Of a DNA stretch of 32,000 bases, positions 25,994 through 32,000 are shown piece after piece. The stretch spans positions 960,001 to 992,000 of the forward strand of contig NC_014205.1 in the NCBI RefSeq assembly GCF_000092465.1, given 5' to 3'. The DNA is from Staphylothermus hellenicus DSM 12710 (GTDB lineage: Archaea > Thermoproteota > Thermoprotei_A > Sulfolobales > Desulfurococcaceae). The position numbers were made by a program, and so were the translations under genes. The notes beneath the pieces were generated by a model. That model was not told the origin of the DNA, ran no database searches, and saw only the letters and a program-made list of their open reading frames with translations. Within the stretch, counting starts at the first letter, position 1; every line of letters starts with the position of its first letter.

Positions 25994-27175
25994 TTATGTT
26001 CTCTTTAATACGGTGACGGTAGTATATGTTCCAACCCCGCCAATATTTTGGGTAGCAGCTATTTCTGGATCGCTTGCTTTATAGCCTGGAAAGTCTCCTC
26101 GCAGCTGCATAGTAGATTCAACTATTTGATAAACACCTGTAGCTCCTACCGGGTGTCCTCGAGCTTTTAGTCCACCGCTAAAGTTTACCTCTGGCTTATC
26201 GCCTTTACCGAATCTTCCCTCTCTCCATAGTTTGGGGGCTTCACCCTTTGGAGCAAATCCCATGTCTTCTAATGCGAGATAGCCTGTTATGTGGAAAGCA
26301 TCATGTACTTCTACATAATCTATGTCTTTCGCCTTAATACCAGCCATTTTATATGCTTCTCTACTAGCTTTGATTGTTGATTCTAATGCTAACAAGTTAT
26401 TTCTAGAGCCGAGATCGACAGAGTCGGTAGCCAATGCTGCTCCTTTAACCTCTACTAAGACATCTCTCCCCATAGTTTTAGCTATTTCTTTAGCTTTCTC
26501 TTCTCCCCTAACAAGAATAGTTACTGCGGCACCATCACCTATAGGTGAGCAATCAAATAAATGCAGGGGATCAGCAACTACGGGGCTTTTGAGAATAGTC
26601 TCTAAAGTAGTCTTTCTAGGTAGTTGGGCATAGGGGTTATACGAGGCATACTCGTGCATTCGCAAAGCCCAATAGGCAAAATCTTCGCGGGTATAATTAA
26701 ACTTGTTCATGTAGAGACGGGCAACCATAGCGTTTAACCCTGTAAAGCTTACGCCATAAAACAATTCATGCTCTGCATCAGCTGCTTGAGCTAATGCTTT
26801 AGTAACCACTGAAGTCAAGTTTTCTGTTAACTTCTCCAAACCACCCACTGCTACAACATCAGCTAAGCCTGATTTAACCAGGCTATAACCAGCATAGAAT
26901 GCAGCACCCCCGCTACCACATGCTGCCTCGACTTTAAAAGCTGGAACTCCTCTAAGACCACTGTGATCAGCTAGCAAGGCGGCGAGGCTATCCTGCTCCA
27001 TTAAAACACTAGAAGTCATATTCCCAACTACGAGCGCTTTCGGCTTTAATCCGCCGGCGTCATCAATTGCTTTCAATAATGCTTCAACAAATAATTCTCT
27101 ACCGCTACGATCATAGAATCTGCCAATCTTAGTCATACCCACGCCTACAACATAGACCTTATCCAAACTTCTCAC
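25994..27175 (-). CDS. thiolase-family acetyl-CoA C-acyltransferase (archaeal/SCP-x-like type)
   Basis: Contains VVGVGMTKIGR, the active-site region EAACGSGGAAF, the C-terminal GGLKARGHPVGATG and NIGGVG. Confidence 0.9.
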   Translation of the reverse strand: MRSLDKVYVVGVGMTKIGRFYDRSGRELFVEALLKAIDDAGGLKPKALVVGNMTSSVLMEQDSLAALLADHSGLRGVPAFKVEAACGSGGAAFYAGYSLVKSGLADVVAVGGLEKLTENLTSVVTKALAQAADAEHELFYGVSFTGLNAMVARLYMNKFNYTREDFAYWALRMHEYASYNPYAQLPRKTTLETILKSPVVADPLHLFDCSPIGDGAAVTILVRGEEKAKEIAKTMGRDVLVEVKGAALATDSVDLGSRNNLLALESTIKASREAYKMAGIKAKDIDYVEVHDAFHITGYLALEDMGFAPKGEAPKLWREGRFGKGDKPEVNFSGGLKARGHPVGATGVYQIVESTMQLRGDFPGYKASDPEIAATQNIGGVGTYTTVTVLKRT

Positions 27176-27276
27176 CTAGGATATAATAAATACAAAATTA
27201 CCTGATTTATTAACATATATTCTTCTATTAGCCGTGTCCCTTAAAACATTATTTCGCAATACATAATTGTTGTGAG

Positions 27277-27609
27277 GTGATGTTTTTGGGAGTTGATGTT
27301 TTAGCGAATAGATTGATCAAGTATGTTGTAAGAAGAGCTGTTGGGTTACCAGCTGACGATCTAGAGCTTCAAAGAATAGTGGGTTCATCAAGATATATTA
27401 TTATGCGAAAAGCTGTTGGAGAAGTTGCTTCAACTATTGTAACCGAGAAAAACGGGCATTTAAGATGCGGTATATGCTTACGTGGACCATTTACTAGGAA
27501 AGGCTTATACCTTCACTTAATACGGGTTCATGGTAATGAAATATTATCAATGATAGAGGAGAAATATAGGGAGATCTCGAAAGTGTATAAAGACAATGTT
27601 TGGTATTAG
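27277..27609 (+). CDS. small protein with a single C2H2-type zinc-finger pattern
   Basis: CGICLRGPFTRKGLYLHLIRVH fits C-x2-C-x12-H-x4-H, including the conserved F and L positions. GTG/ATG start. Confidence 0.55.
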   Translation: MMFLGVDVLANRLIKYVVRRAVGLPADDLELQRIVGSSRYIIMRKAVGEVASTIVTEKNGHLRCGICLRGPFTRKGLYLHLIRVHGNEILSMIEEKYREISKVYKDNVWY

Positions 27610-27676
27610 ATTAAACCTTAATGAATTAATTATGAAATAGTAGTTATCTCATCAGCTATTATTTGAGAAATACCAT

Positions 27677-28813
27677 TTATGAATTGTTATTAACGAATTC
27701 ATAATCAATCATTTCTAAGACCACATATGTTAGTAAATGCTTCTCCTCTATTTCCTGCGTAGATTTAGCGGATTGAACAGCATAGTCTCCTTTCCTAATT
27801 CTCTCTATAACTATTGTTGGAAGAATATAGAATGCAGCGTTTCTTATATGATCTAATCCTTTACCTAAGCTAGCTGTTAAATCGATTCTTAACCATCCCC
27901 AGGGAGGAATATAAGTTGCAACCCATCCATGTCCCCCTCCACCCTTAAATACATAGATGAAATACCCGTTGGCTTCAGTTCCCTTATAGTAATAATTCTT
28001 TGATATATATATAAATCCGATTTCAAGATAGCTAGGAATTTTAAAAGCACGAAGAACAGTGATCAACAAATTAGATTGATCATCACAATCTCCAGCTCCT
28101 TCAACGAGAACCTCCCAGGGATGTCTAGGCGGTATTCTAGTGGAGTAAACAATGTTTTTATCGAACCAGCCCAATACATCTAGAACTAGAGACAAAGGCT
28201 TATCCTTATTAATGGTTTGACTAAGGTATTTTAGTAGTAACTGTATCAATGGATTAGTATAATTCCACAACTCTGTCGGCTCCGTATTGTTCATAAATAA
28301 TTCTTGAGGAATATCATCCCACGTACCAGCCTTTTCCATAAGAGTACTCGTATTGTATGTGTTGAAATCAGCTATCGTTAATGCACGATCCTTACGATTA
28401 ATTGAAACATTATATTCTACCCCTACAAAAATCGTATCATCGGGTTTAAGCGTTGAATTAGCCAGAGGAGTTTCAATGATTAAGGATGCAGTATCTCCTG
28501 ATCCAATGATGCGGTAACTACTAGTACTATTCTCAACATATGCCTTCACACCAACCACTCGTTGATCAGAAAGATCCAATGGATAATCAAAAACGAAAAG
28601 ATCCGTTTCATTTAGATGAATAGATTTTCTTCCCAAATTTGTTACATTACCATATATTTTAACCCCAACAACATAATTCTCTAAGTCGAGTCTTCTATTA
28701 ATTGAAAAACCATAGTTATTAAACATCCCATGGGAAATACACGCGCTACATAATATCATTATAGCCAAGAATATAGGTATGATTTTCATATTTACATACA
28801 TAAAACAAATCAT
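27677..28813 (-). CDS. secreted/membrane-anchored transglutaminase-like cysteine protease-fold protein
   Basis: The signal-like N-terminus MKIIPIFLAIMILCSAC suggests ATG 28789 as the start. A sequon-rich N-domain of about 200 aa follows. The TGase core is GAGDCDDQSNLLITVLRAFKIPSYLEIGF ... GGGGHGWVATYIPPWGWLRIDLT (Cys, His, Asp). Confidence 0.8.
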   Translation of the reverse strand: MICFMYVNMKIIPIFLAIMILCSACISHGMFNNYGFSINRRLDLENYVVGVKIYGNVTNLGRKSIHLNETDLFVFDYPLDLSDQRVVGVKAYVENSTSSYRIIGSGDTASLIIETPLANSTLKPDDTIFVGVEYNVSINRKDRALTIADFNTYNTSTLMEKAGTWDDIPQELFMNNTEPTELWNYTNPLIQLLLKYLSQTINKDKPLSLVLDVLGWFDKNIVYSTRIPPRHPWEVLVEGAGDCDDQSNLLITVLRAFKIPSYLEIGFIYISKNYYYKGTEANGYFIYVFKGGGGHGWVATYIPPWGWLRIDLTASLGKGLDHIRNAAFYILPTIVIERIRKGDYAVQSAKSTQEIEEKHLLTYVVLEMIDYEFVNNNS

Positions 28814-28864
28814 CTCATAAAATCATTCTTTCCCATATAACCTAGTTTCGATAAACCTCTCTAA

Positions 28865-28966
28865 TTATTGTTTTTCTCTAATTTTCTTCCCTATAAGGCC
28901 GTGGAAGAAGTACCAGGCAACAAATACTCCGATCATTAATCCTATACCTAAACTTATCCCAAACAC
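28865..28966 (-). CDS. possible 33-aa hydrophobic micro-protein (below the ORF-track threshold)
   Basis: My translation from GTG 28966 reads (M)FGISLGIGLMIGVFVAWYFFHGLIGKKIREKQ*. It has one TM-like helix and a basic tail. It lies between the PqqD-like and TGase-like genes on the same strand. The only support is the ORF and its composition. Confidence 0.25.
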   Translation of the reverse strand: MFGISLGIGLMIGVFVAWYFFHGLIGKKIREKQ

Positions 28967-29058
28967 AAGAGCATTTTTACTTCATCGAAAAATATTAAAC
29001 CAGAAAATATGTTATAAAAAATTAATAATTAATGTTAATGATAAACATTTATTGTATC

Positions 29059-29388
29059 TTAAGCGAATCTTATTAGGCCAGCATGAGATAGACTATGTAG
29101 GGATAGAACTAATGGCTCTATAACTTCTGACTGTTCTACTTTTATATCGCTACTCATTCTTTCAAGGATTTCGTTAACAGTGTGTTCTCCATCGCATAGC
29201 AACCATACATAATATGCTAATGCAGATAGCTCGTATGCTTCTTTCTCAGATTTAGCAACATAGAATTTCTCATCTTCTTCACCTAGGAAAACTCCTTGTC
29301 GAAGAGGCTTCAGCGTCTTTATTTCGTTAAACATTTCGTTAGCGTTTATTTTTTCTTCAGACTGCTCATTAGAGTTCTCTGCATACAT
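29059..29388 (-). CDS. PqqD-family (RiPP-recognition-element-like) small protein
   Basis: KPLRQGVFLGEEDEKFYVAKSEKEAYELSALAYYVWLLCDGEHTVNEILERMSSDIKVEQSEVIEPLVLSLHSLSHAGLI matches the PqqD pattern: beta-strands, then N/S-x-A-x-x-W-x-L-x-DG-x-TV-x-EI ... L-x-x-GLI. Confidence 0.6.
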   Translation of the reverse strand: MYAENSNEQSEEKINANEMFNEIKTLKPLRQGVFLGEEDEKFYVAKSEKEAYELSALAYYVWLLCDGEHTVNEILERMSSDIKVEQSEVIEPLVLSLHSLSHAGLIRFA

Positions 29389-29405
29389 AATAGTTCCCCT
29401 ACCTA

Positions 29406-29861
29406 TTATTTTCGCCTATAAATGCCTCTTCCCTGCCTATAGAATCCTCGCCTACGTGAACCAAATCCTCTTGTATTAGGTGCTGTTGGTTGATCTTCGG
29501 GTATTTCTTCTGCTGAAGGAACTTCTTTATAGTCTACTTCGCTAACCTCAGTACTCCTCCCAATATTGATCTGGACTTTTCCACGATAACTAGTTGTCCA
29601 AGCACCTTTTATATCTACAACTTTGTCTTCTTCAAGAGTCCCAGCTTTACTACCCCATAGTGTTGCATTTACTCTGCCTGTTTCATCTCCAAGCACAGCA
29701 TTACTAATTGTTCTAGGCCCTTTCCTTGTCTGGATTACTTTGGGCGGAGATGTTTCTAGTACTCTAGCAGTTATATGTACTCCTTCTTCACCATCTTTTA
29801 GATCTATAATGTTTTTCTTAGGAGAAGATGAGGAATTTATTATATCTGACTTTTCGGACAT
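29406..29861 (-). CDS. ssb: crenarchaeal single-OB-fold single-stranded DNA-binding protein
   Basis: HITARVLETSPPKVIQTRKGPRTISNAVLGDETGRVNATLWGSKAG...IKGAWTTSYRGKVQINIG closely parallels Sulfolobus SSB. It has an RG-rich C-terminal tail. Confidence 0.9.
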   Translation of the reverse strand: MSEKSDIINSSSSPKKNIIDLKDGEEGVHITARVLETSPPKVIQTRKGPRTISNAVLGDETGRVNATLWGSKAGTLEEDKVVDIKGAWTTSYRGKVQINIGRSTEVSEVDYKEVPSAEEIPEDQPTAPNTRGFGSRRRGFYRQGRGIYRRK

Positions 29862-29927
29862 TACGTGTTTCGACTCCTATACGAGTTATGTATATGGGTT
29901 CTGACTATATTATGAGGAACAGTAGGC

Positions 29928-29935
29928 TTTAAATA
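29928..29935 (+). promoter_or_regulatory. candidate TATA box (TTTAAATA) for the downstream G+C-rich RNA
   Basis: TTTAAATA lies about 30 nt upstream of the point where the G+C-rich structured region begins (about 29964). It sits in the divergent intergenic region with ssb. Confidence 0.35.
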
Positions 29936-29963
29936 TTTCGGATTATATTTTTAATATTGGTTT

Positions 29964-30155
29964 GTGTCCCTATGGGTTGATGGGAGCTATGCTCCGAGAC
30001 CCATGGGGCTTGCTGTAGATGGGAGGCCCGTGCCGTTGGCCTCGACAGCCGCCCATGACCCCACAACCCTCTTTTAGGGTTGTGGGAGAGGTGGAAGTCC
30101 CTACCGTAGATATAGCCAAATATATAAACACACAGAATGATACGGTAGGGGCAAA
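29964..30155 (+). ncRNA. highly structured G+C-rich RNA candidate (about 190 nt), family unknown
   Basis: H1 is a 10-bp helix, 29968-77 with 29999-30008 (one U:G favours the + strand), enclosing hairpin GGAGC-TAT-GCTCC (29983-95) and a UGAUG/GAG internal loop. H2 is GAGGCC 30023-28 with GGCCTC 30038-43, inside ATGG 30019-22 with CCAT 30053-56. H3 is a perfect 11-bp hairpin, 30060-70 with 30076-86. H4 is a 12-bp helix, 30097-108 with 30141-52, around an AT-rich 32-nt loop. Confidence 0.55.
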
Positions 30156-30282
30156 CGGTTAATATATATTTAGGGTAGGAACATATAATGCTATTTTCGA
30201 AGCATTTATATGTTTTGTTTCGTAGGAAATGTTTACATATATTGTTTATCTGGTATTGTATTTAATGATGATATATGTGTCT

Positions 30283-30440
30283 GTGCCCAGTATGTAGTGG
30301 GAGAATTAGCATCGAAAGGGCACTCAGGCTGGAAGCTTGCTCAGGATGAGGGGTGTATCTGTTCTCCCTGAAATGAGAATAGAGAGGGGAAGGCTGGCCA
30401 TAACTTTTGTTGTTTTTGCTACAGCTGGCTAGAACGGTAA
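30283..30440 (+). ncRNA. second G+C-enriched structured RNA candidate, family unknown
   Basis: GTGCCC 30283-88 pairs with GGGCAC 30318-23. TCAGG 30341-45 pairs with CCTGA 30367-71, with an ATGA bulge and a G-rich extension. CTCAGG is directly repeated (30323-28 and 30340-45). T-tracts at 30405-08, 30413-17 and 30468-73 could terminate a + strand transcript. The only ORF here (30262-30459, minus) looks spurious. Confidence 0.4.
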
Positions 30441-30632
30441 TCATTCGATATAGATCCATATGTGTTATTTTTTCTAAAAATCAAGCTCCTAGCTTATCTA
30501 GAAAGAGCGGTTTTTAGATAGCATGTTTATCAACGTATTTATCCCTATATACAAATACATTTATATAATGGTATAAGTGAATGGGAGCCAGGATGTTTCC
30601 TTATATTCTAGGTTTTCAATATAGAAAGTGAT

Positions 30633-31088
30633 CTATGTAGGATTGATCTTTGTTATTATTTCTTCTATTATAGACTTACATTTTTGAATGGTTTTTCCAC
30701 AGTAGAAGAGGTGGGAAAGGTCTTTGGGCTTGTCGCTGCAGCCAAAACCTTTTATTGGTTCTAATACGTTGGTTAGGGTTCTTGATAGGAATGATTCATA
30801 GTCGAAGCATTTATTTCTGGAGCATTCTATTATTAAATAATCTATGATCTCGGCCTGTCTACATGTTAGCAGATAATCTATGTGCCAAAACAGTTTCTTT
30901 CTTTTTCCAAGATGCCTCATTATTCTAGAATATAATCCGCCTTTTCCAAGAGCTGAACCTAAATATATGTAGATGCCTGGTTTTATATTGAATATTCTCC
31001 CGCTCCTAGTAGTTATTCTACATGTTTTTCCCACTTTTATGAATAAAACATAGTATCCTTTACTTTTCGGGATATCGTATTTACTCAT
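30633..31088 (-). CDS. DUF123 / GIY-YIG-like (Uri superfamily) putative endonuclease
   Basis: KGYYVLFIKV...GIYIYLGSALGKGGLYSRIMRHLGKRKKLFWHIDYL matches the DUF123 signature (G-x-Y-x-Y-x-GSA ... R-x-x-RH ... WHIDYL). Confidence 0.7.
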   Translation of the reverse strand: MSKYDIPKSKGYYVLFIKVGKTCRITTRSGRIFNIKPGIYIYLGSALGKGGLYSRIMRHLGKRKKLFWHIDYLLTCRQAEIIDYLIIECSRNKCFDYESFLSRTLTNVLEPIKGFGCSDKPKDLSHLFYCGKTIQKCKSIIEEIITKINPT

Positions 31089-31170
31089 AAGTATCTTGTC
31101 CCCCCGATTATAAACAAAATTGAGTGTCTACTATATTATTTGGATAATAAATGATTTATAGGTGGTTTAG

Positions 31171-31470
31171 TTGATACGATCAATAAGGAGGAAGGAGAAG
31201 TCAAGTTTAGATTCTATAGTTGAAGATATGAAATATACTGCTAGAATACTTGCTGGGGGACCCGATGAAAGAGGGGAAAAGCTTCTTAAAGCAAGCGGGT
31301 TCTTCCTCGTTGTCCCTGATCCAACAATGATTTCTACAAGCATTGGTCTTTCAATGATAGTTACTGGAAAATTATTAATGAAGAGGAGAAAGAAGGGTAT
31401 AAAGGATTATATTGAAAAATCCATTATTGAAATGAGGCATTTAAAAGAATTAGCCGAAGAACTTATTTAA
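31171..31470 (+). CDS. hypothetical small protein with one central hydrophobic segment
   Basis: The TTG start is preceded by AGGTGG at 5-nt spacing. It has a TM-like FFLVVPDPTMISTSIGLSMIVTGKLLM and a basic/acidic helical tail. Confidence 0.5.
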   Translation: MIRSIRRKEKSSLDSIVEDMKYTARILAGGPDERGEKLLKASGFFLVVPDPTMISTSIGLSMIVTGKLLMKRRKKGIKDYIEKSIIEMRHLKELAEELI

Positions 31471-31490
31471 ACACATATATATCCTCTATT

Positions 31491-31550
31491 TATGGGATGA
31501 AGAGCCCGGTTTTCAGCTGATATATGCTGAGGAGTTGCTCAGCTGACCAT
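31491..31550 (+). ncRNA. box C/D-like small RNA candidate, or alternatively a palindromic terminator hairpin
   Basis: Layout: GGGATGA (31494-500), 16 nt, CTGA (31517-20), TATA, TGCTGA (31525-30), 12 nt, CTGA (31543-46). ATGG 31492-95 is complementary to CCAT 31547-50. However, the two TCAGCTGA palindromes (31513-20 and 31539-46) can also pair with each other. T5 follows at 31555-59. Confidence 0.3.
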
Positions 31551-31627
31551 ATTATTTTTGCTTTGCAATTTATTAGGGATTATACTTTATACTATTACGG
31601 GATTCCCTAAGCATAGAGGGTTATGTT

Positions 31628-32000
31628 ATGGAACAAGGATTTTCGCAACTGTTGAATAAAGCACATAAGTTCGTCGAGGAATTAGCGAGGCCATTTGTTG
31701 GTAGGGAAGAAGAGGCGAAAGTAATAGCATTAGCTATTATATCAGGTGAACACGTCGTCTTAATAGGTGAGCCCGGCACTGCTAAGTCAGCATTGGCTAG
31801 GAGAGCTGCTGAGCTCATCAATGCCAAGTTCTTCAAATATTTATTAACAAAATTCACCGAGCCAGATGAATTATTTGGCCCCCTCGACATTAATGCGTTA
31901 AAACAGGGCAAATATGTGCGTATAACACATAATAAATTACCAGAGGCAGAAATAGCTTTTATTGATGAAATATTTAATGCTAACTCAGCAATACTAAACA
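31628..32000 (+). CDS. MoxR/RavA-like AAA+ ATPase, N-terminal part (runs off the window)
   Basis: Not in the ORF track because it is open-ended. My translation reads [64 protein letters not shown]...[44 protein letters not shown]. It has Walker A GEPGTAKS and Walker B FIDEIF. Confidence 0.88.
   Translation, partial: MEQGFSQLLNKAHKFVEELARPFVGREEEAKVIALAIISGEHVVLIGEPGTAKSALARRAAELINAKFFKYLLTKFTEPDELFGPLDINALKQGKYVRITHNKLPEAEIAFIDEIFNANSAILN

Noticed and set aside
27677-29388. A lasso-peptide biosynthetic cluster (PqqD-like B1 plus transglutaminase-like B2).
   Set aside because: There is no asparagine-synthetase-like cyclase and no obvious precursor with a leader and Gly/Asp-Glu macrolactam residues. 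The TGase-like protein carries a signal peptide and a sequon-rich ectodomain, so it is probably extracellular rather than a cytoplasmic leader peptidase.
29964-30155. RNase P RNA, including a minimal type-T-like form. The idea came from GAGGTGGAAGTCC (CR-I-like) after a P3-like hairpin, and ACAGAA (CR-V-like).
   Set aside because: The ACAGAA word lies inside the loop of the local 12-bp helix (30097-108 with 30141-52) only about 30 nt after the CR-I-like word. A long-range P4 with intervening P5/P15 elements therefore cannot form. I also found no P1/P2 end-pairing and no CR-IV-like sequence. cmscan is still needed to be sure.
30265-30271. A perfect box C heptamer, ATGATGA.
   Set aside because: No D' or D box occurs at the expected 12-nt or roughly 50-nt distances. 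In AT-rich spacer sequence this heptamer is likely a chance occurrence.
23459-30440. The G+C-rich islands as split or permuted tRNA halves, 5S rRNA or SRP RNA.
   Set aside because: The islands contain no GTTC(R)A(N)TC T-loop or D-arm signature. They have no 5S-like CCGAAC...GGAAGTTAAGC core. They also lack an SRP helix-8 GGAA/AGCA motif in a foldable context. This was judged by eye only.
30262-30459. A 65-aa minus-strand ORF over the second RNA candidate.
   Set aside because: Its composition is atypical (His/Ser/Pro-rich), it has no ribosome-binding or promoter context, and the region is better explained as structured RNA.
31621-31911. A 96-aa minus-strand ORF.
   Set aside because: It is an antisense shadow of the clearly recognisable MoxR-type AAA+ ATPase gene on the + strand (Walker A GEPGTAKS, Walker B FIDEIF).

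Overview
AT-rich archaeal chromosome segment. The gene content points to an anaerobic hyperthermophilic crenarchaeon, probably Desulfurococcales-like (inference). The supporting features are an intron-containing tRNA with a textbook bulge-helix-bulge motif, a crenarchaeal single-OB-fold SSB, a Pab1020-type RNA ligase, a Nop2/Nip7 gene pair, and both four-subunit and two-subunit 2-oxoacid:ferredoxin oxidoreductases. I support about 34 protein genes. Two of them are open at the window edges and absent from the ORF track: a POR/VOR beta subunit at 1-576(-) and a MoxR-type AAA+ ATPase at 31628-32000(+). There is one tRNA-Ala(CGC) and several G+C-rich islands that look like structured RNAs. I saw no CRISPR array, rRNA, transposase or integrase. 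Most of the window is housekeeping: OFORs, spermidine synthase, thiolase, carboxyltransferase/BCCP, RNA modification, SSB. The best candidates for something undescribed are listed here. (1) A MacB/FtsX-type ABC ATPase and permease bracket a 1551-aa multi-repeat, heavily sequon-decorated surface protein (8646-15330). (2) Four compact G+C-rich structured elements fit no RNA family I can name: 23459-23531, 24104-24230, 29964-30155 and 30283-30440. Two of them flank the biotin-carrier gene and contain mutually exclusive either/or helices. (3) An orphan PqqD/RRE-like protein, a tiny hydrophobic ORF and a secreted transglutaminase-like protease lie downstream of ssb. (4) A tightly packed operon encodes an unknown protein, a YkgJ Cys-cluster protein and a CPA2 antiporter. 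All functional calls come from motif recognition by eye; no database search was possible.
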